64,000 nt of DNA from Eledone cirrhosa (lineage: Eukaryota), in the NCBI GenBank assembly GCA_964016885.1, contig OZ024742.1:111414001-111478000 (forward strand), in the 5' to 3' direction. Position 1 is the first letter of the stretch; each line of letters opens with the position of its first letter. Shown here one piece after another: positions 39,183 to 52,517 of this stretch. The position numbers and the translations under genes were made by a program. The notes beneath the pieces are model-generated. The model saw only the letters and a program-made list of their open reading frames with translations, made no database searches and was not told the DNA's origin.

Positions 39183-40909
39183 AGTTCGAAACTGTTTAAT
39201 CGGCGCACAAATCTAAGTTGTGATTTTAACAAATTCTTTTCCCATGAATGGAAGCTTACTAGTACTTGGCATAAATAACTTTTCAGAATACCTGGCCGTA
39301 TGAAGTTTATTATTGTCCTTCAGGCTGTGGGTATTTTCATGACGTTGAGCATTTTATGTTTGAAACTAGTGTTTGCTAGAGTCTAAGGTTATGTTATTCA
39401 CTTGTATGGCTCGTCCTTTAATCGTAAAGGAAAATCGACGTGTTTTCCTCCTTGTGTGAGACTGTAAAGAGTGTATTTGGGAGATTGCCTCGTGTTTATG
39501 AATTGAGTTCAATAGAAAGTGGACAACAACTGTGTGGGCTTTCTTTCTGCAGAAGAGCTCTTTACAAGATGATTATATTTAAGAATTTGAATAACTGGAA
39601 TAATTGAAATAATATAAATGTAATAATTTTGTTTAAATGAATTAATTATCGGTAATAGCATTGCGCTATACATGTGGAATTTAAATATTTGCAGTCTTAG
39701 CGGACATTTAAATCATTTATATAATAGATTAACCACACAGTTTAATATGCTGCAATTGTAAGTTGTAGGCATCGTTTTATTATCTACAGAAAATACATTA
39801 AACACATTTTGTGAAACTGTCTCAGACAACAGAAAATTCGGAAGATAATAATATATTTATCGATTCATTTTTAACAACTTCATTCCCCAAGTAGTCATCA
39901 TTTAGTAATTAAATACATATAATTTAGTGATTATGTTTCACTTGCAATTTATTGTCATTAAAATAATCTTGTTTGGAGGTGCATGCGATAAAGACTTAAA
40001 TTCATTTTAACTCTTTGAATACATTTTAAATATTAGTTTCCTGTCCAGTAGAATTGATAAAATGCACCATAGTATCCAAAATGTTTCTTCATCATTTTAA
40101 TATACTAATTGGCCTGAGGAAATTTTAACATTTTGAAACGGAAATTTCATCATCGTGTGTATTTGGAAGAGAAAGAATATAATTGCGCATGGTATGTTTG
40201 TTTTTTTTAGTATGTATTTCAGTGAAAGACAAATGAATGCAAAACGATGTTGTTTTATTGAAATGGAAGATATCAGGATAATAAAAGTGATTTCAAATGC
40301 CATTATAATGTTAGCGTTATTATATTGCATATCTAGGGGTAGAATGAAGTAATTATACCTTTCACATGTCCTCTCTAACCGGAGAGATCGATACGGTTCA
40401 TGGTCGGATTAATCATTGGCTGGCTAATCACAAATTCGAAACAAATTAACAGGAAGAGTGAACGGTACAGCCAAAATTCCGGACAGGAAATCGTAGCTGT
40501 AATGTTTAGTATGAGCCTAGGTTTTTCGACATGTTTAGGGGAGAAGTGGTAAGTTGGCAGTGCTTGAATTCAGGTAGCATCAAGCTCTTAACAGCAGAGA
40601 TTTTTGACGTAAAGCTAGAAGAGACGAGTGATTAGAAACGCATCAATGTGCGGTTTGGAGCCATTTAATTTTGTGTGTTGAAATATTATTTGGAAATATT
40701 TACAAATTAAAAAAGAAACTCCGTTCTTCCTCTAATTTTTGTACAAATATTTTAAATTAATTCTTGAATTAATTCCTATGAAATTGTCTACGAATATGCT
40801 GTTTATATAATTCATAATTTAATATAATAGTAATGTTTTCCGCATTAAACGTATCGAAATTGAGTTCATTACATTGGTCCATATGAACAACAGAAAATGA
40901 ACAAAACCC

Positions 40910-41090
40910 GGGTACTATCCGGCCGCTTCCTCTTCGCACTTGTCACTGTCGAGACCTCGGGCGTACTTGGACCCCATGCAGTCGAACACCTCCGCAAGAT
41001 CGAAACGTCGGAGGCCTGTCCGAGGATGGATACCTGCGAGGTGGAGTGGTGTTGCAGTGGATGTAGCTGTTATTTTCCCGTGTGAGCAGA
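40910..41090 (+). mobile_element. Small RLE endonuclease C-terminal remnant (CRE/HERO-like)
   Basis: RFLFALVTVETSGVLGPHAVEHLRKI resembles the F.P..VET.G..G..A..L motif. It is a GC-rich island in AT-rich DNA. Confidence 0.5.
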
Positions 41091-41740
41091 TATGGCGTGC
41101 CCTAGGCTTAGAGTCAAATCATCCCCCCTCCTCATTCTTCTGTGACACTAGAGTCCTTGCCAATCCCTCCCCTTCTGTCTTTATTATTATCCTTTTTCCT
41201 ATTTAACATTCCATTCTTCTCAATCTAAATTTTCTTTTTTTTCTTTTTCTATTAAATGGTATTTTCATGATATATTCCATAAATACAATTTCACGTATAT
41301 TTTCTCTCTTGACCATCTTCTTAACACAATAGAAACGCACAAAGAATCATATAGAGAAAGTTTCCTCTCCGTAGGACACCTTTCTTCTGTGAAAGACACG
41401 ACTACAACTAATACCTCTATATGTATATCAGGCACTTTTTCTATGTGAAATAATCTTCCTCCCAAATGAACAAACCTTTTGAACACTCAATTTTTCATTC
41501 TTTTCAACATTTCAATTGTAATATTTAATATTTGATAAGATGGATTACATCGAAACCAGTAATATTTGATATACTTTATAAAACTGCTATTTAAAAAAAA
41601 TATTCTCCTTTCTTCAATAATGTCACTTTGAGTGATTAAAGACGAAAATAAAATAAAAAAAACTATATATATATATTTCCGTGCTGTTTCCATTCTTCCA
41701 TTTTTTATAACCTGTTTCGTATAGAAATGTACCCCCATTT

Positions 41741-41844
<104 letters not shown>

Positions 41845-42013
41845 CATATATATATTTACATATAAGAATTAAAATACTAGAGTTTTTTGGAGTTAAACAC
41901 CCTCTTCATATTATAAAAATGACAGTAAAGGTATAGCTCAATGTAATTAAACAGAGCCGAAGAATTATGAAAATAAACCAAAGAAGCCTTCAATACATCG
42001 AAAGTCTTTATTA

Positions 42014-42051
42014 GCCAACAATGTTTCGTGCTATTAAGGACTCATCAGGGC
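42014..42051 (-). ncRNA. Minimal type I hammerhead motif
   Basis: Minus strand: GCC-CUGAUGA-GUccuuaauagcAC-GAAAC-auu-GUU/GGC, then AAUAAA. Stem II has a mismatch. Confidence 0.7.
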
Positions 42052-42328
42052 AAGTAAAGCTATAAGGAGCACTATCGGCCAATACAAGCCAAAAACTCAG
42101 AAGAAAAGGAGTATACATCCATTAAAGCATAGGGAAATTGTCAAGTAAAAATTATCAAGTAAAAATTGCTAAGGAAGTGAATAACATTTTGAACCATATT
42201 ACAAATATAGTACAATGCAAAAACTAAAACTAAACACAAGTGGTGATATAAAGCGAGAATTACAGTACTATATATAATATAATATAATATAATTGATAAT
42301 GATAATAATAATAATATTAAAAGGCCCA

Positions 42329-42490
<162 letters not shown>

Positions 42491-42739
42491 ATACACATAT
42501 CCATCAATACAAACACAAACTAACACTTATTAAGAGTTTAAATATAAATAAAAATAAAAATAAAAATATAATACATATATTATTTACAGTATAAAATGAT
42601 AAAGAAATGAATAAAAATAAACACATAATATATAATATACTATATAATTATATAATTTATAATCTCCGGTCAATTTGCACAAACAATATAAATATTTATA
42701 TTACAATAACACTATAATAACAATATTATAATATATTGG

Positions 42740-42805
42740 GGTAGATAAAATAAAGTACCAGTAATGCACTGGGTAATTGCTGGCCTTGTGCCTAAAGTAG
42801 AAACA
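42740..42805 (+). mobile_element. 5'-truncated SINE 3' end with 15-bp TSD
   Basis: ATTATAATATATTGG occurs at 42725-42739 and 42806-42820. The body matches 56558-56622. Confidence 0.88.
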
Positions 42806-43950
42806 ATTATAATATATTGGCATATAACTTAACAAATCATATAAAGTTATACACAGGGTGAGAAAAAAAAAATATCATACAGAACTAAATTGTGTTGAAA
42901 GAATTGTGCTGGAAAAATATCTATACCGTTGTAAGAAAACGGACGGAGGTCAAGTTTTTATACAATTGGTATAAATAAATATTATCTAAACATTACAAAA
43001 ATTATAAAAATATAAACATATTACAGAATTTAAAAAATTTAACATAAGGGTACATCGAATAATCGGTAAATATTTAAGACCTATAGTACGATTACATAGA
43101 GTGATATGATATAACAACTTCAATATCAAATAATGAACATAGTATAATATACATAATTACATGGTTGGTAGACAGACATATGTGAATAAGTGAATAAGAA
43201 CCATACAGAAACTACGCACGGTAGTAAAAATATAAATAAAATCAACCGGAAATAGAAAAACAAAAACAAATATATTTACTTAGGTGTCACAAGCAGTTAA
43301 GTAAAAAAAAATTAGGAATCAAACCCGGATAAATGACTAGAAAACCCTATTAAATTAATTAATATTGAAAGTATTTAAAATACATAATAAGTCAATACAA
43401 AATTAGCTATGGTTTAAGTAATCAAAATCTCCAAAGTTTAAGATATCTCATTAAAAATATCCAGAATAGAATGAAATATTCTACTATCTGTTGAATAACG
43501 TTATCTAATAAACGGACTTTAAATAGAACTATGGTAGGCCAATGGGGACAGAAAAAAGAAAGGTATGGAGGGTACGAAGGAGCATAAAATCATAATCAAT
43601 ATACTGTATTATACAATAGAAAGGAGCATAAAAGGGAATTGAATATAATTATAGTATAATTGAAGGGGCGAATGACAAGTGTGGTTGGGGGGGGGGGTTA
43701 ATTATCTAAATGAGAATCCAAATAAAATAAAATAAAATAATATAAAATAAAATAAAATAAAATATATAATCAGATATAAACTCATAAGGTGTTAATAGTG
43801 AAAAGATAATATTTAAGAAGATAGATATGGTATGGTAGCCAAAAGACTATGAAAGCTAGATCGAAAAGCTGTTAAAAACCAATAATAATAATGATAATGA
43901 TGGTGGTAAACAAAATGAACCTAAACAAAAAAGATAAGGGAATATAGCAG

Positions 43951-45323
43951 CTAATGGATACAATTTACACTACCAGAACTTTTAGGTTTATAATAAAAGT
44001 AAGAATTAGAAATAGCGTGGGGGCAGGAAGAGAATATCTCAGACTTTCTGTTAAGTAAGAGTTCCCTAGAGAAAATTATAGAGTGGGTCTCAAGGATACA
44101 GAGATTACAGAATTTAGTGTGTGTTAATAGGTTATTAGAGCGTGCTACTATTCGCCAATTAAGGCTATATGGTATATTAGCCCCCTTAAGAGCCCAGATA
44201 TAGTGTGCTAAAGAAGTAGAATTCTTAAACTTAACATGTTTAAAATTAGAGATATGAGAATTAAACCTAGTCTTAAAAGTGTTAGATGTTGAGCCTATAT
44301 ATGTGCTATTAGAGGAATTAGTTTCAAATACACAAGCATAAACGATGTTCCTAGAGAGGCAGTTACCGTTTAAAGGGCAGTTAACACTCACTCTACAGTT
44401 ACACTTCCGGGTGCTATTGATCGGCTGAAGTAGTGATGCTCACTCGTAGGGTTACTATGAGATAAGGTCTGCTCAGGTGGTAAGGCATTTATGGATCTAT
44501 CCAGACTAGTAGTACGCAGAGAGGAGTAGCCGTCCCTAATTTTCCCATTGCTAGTGCTAGCTAAATGAGAACTAATATTAGGGGTGTTAGAGAATGATAG
44601 TTTAATTACATTTTTATTAAAAATACCATGGTATTTATTAGTAGGAGGGAAATGTTTCTCTAAGATAGAAAAGAAAGACCTAGGGATGTTAGTTAATACT
44701 TCCTGATTATATGGCGGGTTAAAATAAGTATTTAATCTCCTTCTATTTTTATCCTTACCAACTCTACCGTTATCTAATATCCCATTATTAAGATCTGGGT
44801 TACTACGAGGACTAGTTAAAACCACATTATTAGAATCAGCCGAAACCCCATTGAGTCTCTTTCTGTTTCTACCTTTAGTATATCTACTGCTATCTGGAAT
44901 CATATCAATAGGACTAGGGGTAATAATAGGATCAGTAGAAACAACACTATTAGAATTAGATTTAGCAAAAGCATTACCACTGAGTGAGCGCTCAGAGCGC
45001 CCAACTTGATCCCTAGAACTATTAGATTCCCTATTACGAATCCGGTGGCTTAACTTATGGATGGGTTCGGATACACTTATGTGATTTCTACGATTCTTAT
45101 GCTTTCTACTCCCATTCATGGACATATTAGGGGATATTATGTTATTATTATTATATGTAAGCGGAGACTTTCTAAGGTTACTATTATTATAATGTATTTT
45201 ACCAGAGTAACCGGAGTTAGCTAGGGCATTATTATAGTACTCTGCATGTGCATTAAATATTCCTATGTCTTTAGAGAGTGTGGAAATTCTATTAGATACA
45301 CCATTAATTATAGAGATTATCAT
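43951..45323 (-). pseudogene. PLE ORF C-terminal half (RT thumb, linker, GIY-YIG), one frameshift near 44400-44500
   Basis: ORFs 44388-45323 and 43951-44391 in the track, with the motifs listed for 41860-45356. Confidence 0.85.
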
Positions 45324-45354
45324 AGATTTGGGGTGGTTAGAATTGGGACTAACA

Positions 45355-45426
<72 letters not shown>

Positions 45427-45436
45427 AGAAATATAT

Positions 45437-45905
45437 ATACTGTATATCACAGAAAAAATACAATCAGTGTTGCGACGAAAGGAATTTATTGGACATATTA
45501 CAATTGTTTCTCGAGAAACAATTGTAATATGTCCAATACATTCCTTTCGTCCAGCTCGAGGCACGATCGATGTGGTGATCAAACCTGACGCTAAAATCGC
45601 GCGGTCCTAGGATACGTCTCGAAGCAGATTTTCGTATTGTCCTTTATCATCGAATTCTATCGTTTGTTGATTTAGATCCTATCGAGTGCTCATACGACCT
45701 ACCGCATACGGACACTTTAAGCATCCAACCAATTATATACTGTATACTTATATATATATATAGAATGGAAAACGAAAAATTGTTTCCCCGGCGAAGAGCT
45801 CGAGGTGCGATCTGCGTGTGGATCGACCTGACTCTGGACTCGCAGGTTCCTCAGACACGTCTATTGATTTCGGAGCATATCCTTAATTTTTCGTTTTCCA
45901 TTCTA
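45437..45905 (-). mobile_element. Two short relatives of the 34826-35038 hammerhead unit, rearranged by inversions, in (TA)n
   Basis: 45437-45735 contains the palindrome TTGGACATATTACAATTGTTTCTCGAGAAACAATTGTAATATGTCCAA. 45761-45905 has 21-bp terminal inverted repeats and, on the - strand, CUGAGGA..GAAACAAUU at 45778-45860. Confidence 0.7.
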
Positions 45906-45915
45906 TCATACTCTG

Positions 45916-45963
<48 letters not shown>

Positions 45964-45985
45964 TGTATATATATATATATATATA

Positions 45986-46031
<46 letters not shown>

Positions 46032-46037
46032 ATGTGT

Positions 46038-46087
<50 letters not shown>

Positions 46088-46121
46088 GTGTGTGTGCGTG
46101 TGTGTGTGTGTGTGCATGTAT

Positions 46122-46260
46122 ATCTATACTATAAATCTGAGGGCCGTATGTAAGTTACAAACTTTCCTCCCGGCGGCTGGACCAAACGGCACCAAATTTG
46201 CACAATAGATGTAACTTTTTCCAAGTAAGAAAGTGAGGGTATTTTTGTCTACTGAACTTT
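46122..46260 (+). mobile_element. Possible non-autonomous Helitron-like 5' end
   Basis: A|TCTATACTATAAA start followed by CGGCTGGACCAAACGGCACCAAATTTG, resembling invertebrate non-autonomous Helitron heads (recalled). No matching 3' CTAG end was found. Confidence 0.4.
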
Positions 46261-46436
46261 GTAAAAAGATTAAACACATTATTTAAATATTCACTTCTTT
46301 AACATTTTCAAATGTCAACATTTTCGGTTATACGTCATTCCTCACTTTTTTTAGTGTCTTTTAGATGCATGTGTGTGTATATATATATATATATATATAA
46401 TATAAGATCAAAAGATGGTTAAAGGAGTTCCATATA

Positions 46437-46503
46437 TTTTATTATGCGCATTTCAAAAACAAACATCATCAAGCAATAATATTTGTGTTTTCATCAGATA
46501 AAA
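46437..46503 (-). ncRNA. Type I hammerhead ribozyme (left arm)
   Basis: Reverse complement of 49631-49697. Confidence 0.82.
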
Positions 46504-47299
46504 CAGGAGAACATGATATGAAGGCTAAAAAACACTTGTGGATAGTGCAGTTTTAAATCAACATATGAAAGATGGTTTTAGATTGATGTGTGATATTGGG
46601 AAAAATATTTTATTTAGGGAGGGGGGGGTGGAAAGGATGAAAAAAAGGGGGGAGGAGATGAGAGTGAAGGTGGAGAGGGAGAGATGGGTGATAGAGAGAA
46701 AGAGATAGTTTTTATAACTGAGAAAAAAGATATATTGTTTTAATATAGAGAGGTTGGGAACCGTTGGAAGATAATGTATAAATTAAAGGAATTTGAAAAT
46801 TAACGAAGGGAAATTATGTATGAAGATAGAGAGAAAAAAATAATAATTGTGGGTGAATATTCTAACGTCAAAAGAAGAAATATATGTATTGTGGCAATTT
46901 CAAAATTAGCGAAGAGAAAAATTGTTAAGGTTTGTGTGTAGAAGGATTTGAGAAAAATAATGTGAAGTTAAAGTTTGTATATGATATGTGCGAATAAAGA
47001 GTTAATATGTATTAATAATGAGTTCGTTGATGGGGAGAAAAAAATAATAATAAATTAAGGATGAAATTGAGATTAAAAAGATTTATGATAGAGAGAAAAA
47101 ATAATAATGATTGCGGATGAATATTCAAATGACAAAAACAAATGCTATGATTTTACGAGAAGATAGAATGAGGGTAATGAGTAAACGAGTATTATAGAGT
47201 GTATAATGCCCTTTAAAGTAAGGTAGATGGGTATATTTTAAAGAGGTGTATGTATATGTGCCTTTGAGAAAAGATTCTAAATTGATAAAGAATTGAATA

Positions 47300-47888
47300 T
47301 TAACTGTATACTTTGTGAAAAGTTCTATGGAATTTATGCAGGCAGATAGAAAACAAATCTGAGCGTCTATTTATTATAGAATCTAGGTTAGAGATAATGG
47401 TAAATTTTTCATTTAGGCAGAGATTACAGATTTTAGATAGAGAGCTGTTCAAGTATGAGGATGCAGAAGAAATCTTCTTCCAAAAGATGGTATATTTAAT
47501 GTTTTTGTCTTTTAAGGACCATATGAGTTCTGAGAGAGCAGTGTTAGTTCTTTTAAGTTTGTATTTGAAAGATGAATGATGATTATAGAGACGAGCTTTA
47601 AAAGAGGTGGAAGTGGAGCCAAAATAGGTGAAGGAATTGGTGCTAGTTATAATTTTACATTCATAAATTAAGTTTTTATCGAGGCAATGGTTGTTGAGAG
47701 GACATTTATTTTTAATGCGGCAGTTGCAATTAGAGAGATTATTAATGAGTGATCTAGTGTTATCTATAGAAGGAATTGGATTGGAGAAGTTGTTTGCGAT
47801 AGGAATGATAGGAATAATAGTTTCTTGATTTAGAGTTGCATTATGAACATTTAGCGAAGTTGTGTTTGACGTTGTATTTGGGTTTACA
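47300..47888 (-). CDS. PLE GIY-YIG endonuclease domain, open frame, 5'-truncated (left arm)
   Basis: CNCRIKNKCPLNNHCL..LIYECKI..YFGSTSTSFKARLYNH..CNLCLNEKF..INRRSDLFSICLH. Confidence 0.75.
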
Positions 47889-47911
47889 TCCTCCAATATT
47901 TCCAACATCAT

Positions 47912-48639
47912 CTACATCCTCCAATATTTCCAACATCATCTCTAAACACAACAACAAAATATTAAATACTAAATCTCTTCCTTCCAATATTGAATTTCAT
48001 AATAACAGTAATAGTACTCCCGACGTCATCGTAAACCCTAGGCTAACTTCTGTAAACCCAAATACAACGTCAAACACAACTTCGCTAAATGTTCATAATG
48101 CAACTCTAAATCAAGAAACTATTATTCCTATTATTCCTATCGCAAACAACTTCTCCAATCCAATTCCTTCTATAGATAACACTAGATCACTCATTAATAA
48201 TCTCTCTAATTGCAACTGCCGCATTAAAAATAAATGTCCTCTCAACAACCATTGCCTCGATAAAAACTTAATTTATGAATGTAAAATTATAACTAGCACC
48301 AATTCCTTCACCTATTTTGGCTCCACTTCCACCTCTTTTAAAGCTCGTCTCTATAATCATCATTCATCTTTCAAATACAAACTTAAAAGAACTAACACTG
48401 CTCTCTCAGAACTCATATGGTCCTTAAAAGACAAAAACATTAAATATACCATCTTTTGGAAGAAGATTTCTTCTGCATCCTCATACTTGAACAGCTCTCT
48501 ATCTAAAATCTGTAATCTCTGCCTAAATGAAAAATTTACCATTATCTCTAACCTAGATTCTATAATAAATAGACGCTCAGATTTGCTTTCTATCTGCCTG
48601 CATAAATTCCATAGAACTTTTCACAAAGTATACAGTTAA
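47912..48639 (+). CDS. PLE GIY-YIG endonuclease domain, open frame, 5'-truncated (right arm)
   Basis: STSSNISNIISKHNNKIL linker followed by the same domain as the left arm (one L/F difference). It has no native start. Confidence 0.75.
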
Positions 48640-49630
48640 TATTCAATTCTTTATCAATTTAGAATCTTTTCTCAAAGGCACATATACATACACCTCTTTA
48701 AAATATACCCATCTACCTTACTTTAAAGGGCATTATACACTCTATAATACTCGTTTACTCATTACCCTCATTCTATCTTCTCGTAAAATCATAGCATTTG
48801 TTTTTGTCATTTGAATATTCATCCGCAATCATTATTATTTTTTCTCTCTATCATAAATCTTTTTAATCTCAATTTCATCCTTAATTTATTATTATTTTTT
48901 TCTCCCCATCAACGAACTCATTATTAATACATATTAACTCTTTATTCGCACATATCATATACAAACTTTAACCTCACATTATTTTTCTCAAATCCTTCTA
49001 CACACAAACCTTAACAATTTTTCTCTTCGCTAATTTTGAAATTGCCACAATACATACATTTTTTCTTTTGACGTTAGAATATTCACCCACAATTATTATT
49101 TTTTTCTCTCTATCTTCATACATAATTTCCCTTCGTTAATTTTCAAATTCCTTTAATTTATACATTATCTTCCAACGGTTCCCAACCTCTCTATATTAAA
49201 ACAATATATCTTTTTCTCAGTTATAAAAACTATCTCTTTCTCTCTATCACCCATCTCTCCCTCTCCACCTTCACTCTCATCTCCTCCCCCCTTTTTTTCA
49301 TCCTTTCCACCCCCCCCTCCCTAAATAAAATATTTTTCCTCGCACATATCCTCCCTGCGTTAATTTTCAAAATTTTTAATTTATACAGTTTCTTCCAACG
49401 GTTTTCAACCTCTCTATGTAAAACATATATCTCCTCTCAGTTATAAAAACTATCTCTTTCTCTCTATCACCCATCTCTCCCTCTCATCTCCTCCCTTTTC
49501 ATCCTTCCCCCCCTCTCTAAATAAAATATTTTTCCCAATATCACACATCAATCTAAAACCATCTTTCATATGTTGATTTAAAACTGCACTATCCACAAGT
49601 GTTTTTTAGCCTTCATATCATGTTCTCCTG

Positions 49631-49697
49631 TTTTATCTGATGAAAACACAAATATTATTGCTTGATGATGTTTGTTTTTGAAATGCGCATAATAAAA
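49631..49697 (+). ncRNA. Type I hammerhead ribozyme (right arm)
   Basis: TTTTAT-CTGATGA-AAACACAAATATTATT gctt GATGATGTTTGTTTTT-GAAA-TGCGCA-TA/ATAAAA. Stem I is a perfect 6 bp and stem III (AUGCGCAU) is palindromic. Confidence 0.82.
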
Positions 49698-49823
49698 TAT
49701 ATGGACCTCCTTTAACCATCTTTTGATCTTATATTATGCATACTCCAGTCCCACAAACTGTAGAGTGCTTCTTATCCGATATCTGCATTGCTTTATTGTA
49801 CTACAATAAAACTCACCTCCTAC

Positions 49824-49856
<33 letters not shown>

Positions 49857-49869
49857 TATACTGAATATA

Positions 49870-50230
49870 TTGTGGAGTCTGTGCTGTTGTACTAGTCCAA
49901 CGTGGACACTGACCAAGAAACTCACTCAAATGCTGGATGGGTGTTACACGAGAATGCGGAGAATGGCTCTGAACATTAATCAGTATATACTGAGGATGAA
50001 GAACTCAGGGATGTACGGGAGCCTCCCTAAAGTCATCTCAAAAGTGACACAGAGGAGACTGAGGGTAGCTGGACATGCTCACCGTCATCTAGAGTGGACA
50101 CTGCACTCAGTGCTCCTGTAGGAGCCCCTTCATGGACACACTGGAAGAGGAGACCGAAGTTAACATATGTTGATGCCCTAAGGACAGACACTGGTCTGTT
50201 GGAGACGCAGGTCATGGCAGCGATATTCCA
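49870..50230 (+). mobile_element. 3' coding fragment of an RTE/RTE-X-like LINE
   Basis: WTLTKKLTQMLDGCYTRMRRMALNI..QRRLRVAGHAHRH and KRRPKLTYVDALRTDTGL. Confidence 0.78.
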
Positions 50231-50274
50231 AAATTTGCTCCTGTACAAGGGGCAGGTCCCATATGTGTCATTAT

Positions 50275-51540
50275 TTACCATTTTTTTTTCCATTTGGTTC
50301 TGGCTCCTCTATACACTCTGATTTTAACTCTCTGATTGTAACCAGAGAACTGCATACGGTGGATGAAGTGTTGTACGTGTCTCTCTAGTTCTTCGGGGTT
50401 GCACATGCGGAACACGTTTCTCATCACCCGTACCAAATCCGCAATCAGTATGTTGATTTTGGTATGGTCCGAAGCAGCTGAGTTTCGGTGGATCAGATAT
50501 TTGGAAGTCATGGGTTTGGCATAATGGGAATGGAGGATTTGTTTTTTGTTATTAATGGTATCTAACCAGAGCGCTGTGTCTAGTACGGGTAATCGATGGT
50601 TGGGGTGTTTGCTTGGGTAGTCTATAGTAACTCTAATACTCTGGTGAATGGAGTTAGCTATTTGCTGGATGCATTCCATTGTGTTTTTCTCTAGTTCCTG
50701 ACTGTTCTCCAGTGGGGGTGTTTTAACTACGATGTTTATATCATCAACGTAGCGGGAGTACATTATCAGGGTTAAGGGTTCTTCTAATTGTTCTTTAAGT
50801 TTAAGTTTAAGTCTACTCTCCCACCATACCATCAATAGGTTAGCTATGTCGCTTGCAATGCTAACACCAATGGCTGCTCCCTCCTCTTGGGCATATGTTT
50901 TTCCATTAAATTTGAACATATGTTCCTTAAGGGTTAATTTTATGCTGGCCCCCACCGCATGTGCAATCATTTTCTTTAGTTCATCGTGGTTTTCGGGGGT
51001 CCGTATGGCTCTGGTCCACCCGTTCCATCTATCTGTGTGGGTTTTCTTGGCCATTGAGGTAATGGTAGGTGTTCTGCCTCTTGCTGGTCTTGTTGGGCAC
51101 AAGTTGCTAAGGTCATATGTATCTAGATAATTATTACTATAGGTAGGTTTAAGTAGCAGTACCAGCTCACTGGTATCAATCCCACAGAATTCAACATTTC
51201 TCTCACTGATCATTTCTACGCATTTCTCCACAGCAAAATCCACGTCAATAGATGGATATAGGGACACAACATCATACTACCTATTATGCATTTTGTTAGG
51301 TCCCTAGATCGATTACTTTCGCGGATTCTGCTGAGGAGGTCCTCCGTGCTGTCACATACATCTGGGAACACTTCAATGATGGGGCGTATGATCAGGGAAA
51401 GGAAGTAGGACAGTCTGTAGTTACTAGCAATGGTAGCTCCAAAGACTGGCCGTGTTGGTGGTCCTGTAACAGGGTCACTGCTCGTTTTATGGTCTTTTCG
51501 AAGATCATATAACGCTGGCAGGTCATTGTTCCAGGCCTGG
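50275..51540 (-). pseudogene. PLE reverse transcriptase domain (one frameshift near 51265)
   Basis: ORFs 51216-51623 and 50275-51267, with catalytic YVDD intact. Confidence 0.88.
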
Positions 51541-52219
51541 AAGTGCCAGCGTTGATTGGGTTTCGAAAAGACCATAAAACGAGCAGTGACCTTGTCACAG
51601 GACCACCAACATATCCTTTTCAAAGACCTCCCTGTATAGATAAGAAATGTATAATCTGTAAATTAAGCCCCCATATTAACTGTAAAACTAGAAATGTAGT
51701 ATATAGCATAAGATGTACTGAAGGACAATGTAGAGATAAAAAAATATAGTGTACATAGGTGAGACAGCTCGTAGTATAGGGGAACGGATAAATGAACACT
51801 GGCGAGACCTTCAAGATAGTAAAGAATCATTTGTACTCTACCAACATGCTAAAATAGAACATAAGGGTAAATTAAAGAACATAGAAATAAAAATAGAATC
51901 TACACACAGAAAAGACGCAATGTTTAGACAAATCACAGGGGCAATAAACATAAATGAACTCCAACCAAAATTAAATAGAAAACATGAGTGGAACAGCAAC
52001 ATCACAACTTACAATTAAGGACAGAATGAAAACGCACACGCCCATAGAACAAACAACCAACCAGTAACATGTAAATAAACAAATAAATAATTGAATATAA
52101 ACACACACAGACACCCAGGTGAGGCGCATGCGCAGACTGAGCACACAACACACACACAGAAACAAGATGGCGTGGGACAGAACACAAGAGAGGCACAAAA
52201 ACAAAGAAAGGAATCCCCA

Positions 52220-52262
52220 GTCACTGAAGAGGTCACAAAATGTGTGACGAAAGAACTTTGAC
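52220..52262 (+). ncRNA. Minimal type I hammerhead motif at the PLE 3' end
   Basis: GTCA-CTGAAGA-g-GTCACA aaatg TGTGAC-GAAAG-aa-CTT/TGAC. Confidence 0.78.
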
Positions 52263-52469
52263 AATATATAAACAACCATCTGGATGTGGAACCAACCAAC
52301 CAACCGGAAATTTATAAATTCCTCAATTTATAAATTTATTATAATAAATTGAAGTAAAAGCTATTGGTGCGTGTGTTTCTTATTGGCAACATGGCCCTCC
52401 CAAAGTATAGCAATATCGGTTTTCAACACACGTTTTCAGATAAAGAATCTTGCTAAACAAATTCAGAAA

Positions 52470-52517
<48 letters not shown>

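Larger units (their letters stand above)
46397..49737. mobile_element. 3.3-kb palindromic Naiad-like PLE (two head-to-head 3' halves)
   Basis: 46397-47888 is the near-exact reverse complement of 48051-49737; the right arm has an extra ~190-bp tandem duplication at about 49330-49530. Both arms encode the same GIY-YIG domain and end in an HHR. Confidence 0.93.
50235..52475. mobile_element. Neptune/Nematis-like PLE with inverted 5' part (RT on -, GIY-YIG and HHR on +)
   Basis: The - strand gives LYDLRKDHK..PTRPV, SLYPSI, EGAAIG, YSRYVDDI, LPVLD, HYAKP. The + strand gives PCIDKKCIIC..CKTRNVVYSIRC, YIGETARSIGERINEH, LNRKHEW. The junction lies at about 51540-51610. Confidence 0.9.

Noticed and set aside
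40380-40640. Promoter-like patch (ATTGG and GGAA motifs, raised CpG)
   Set aside because: These are short motifs expected by chance, and no downstream gene was identified.
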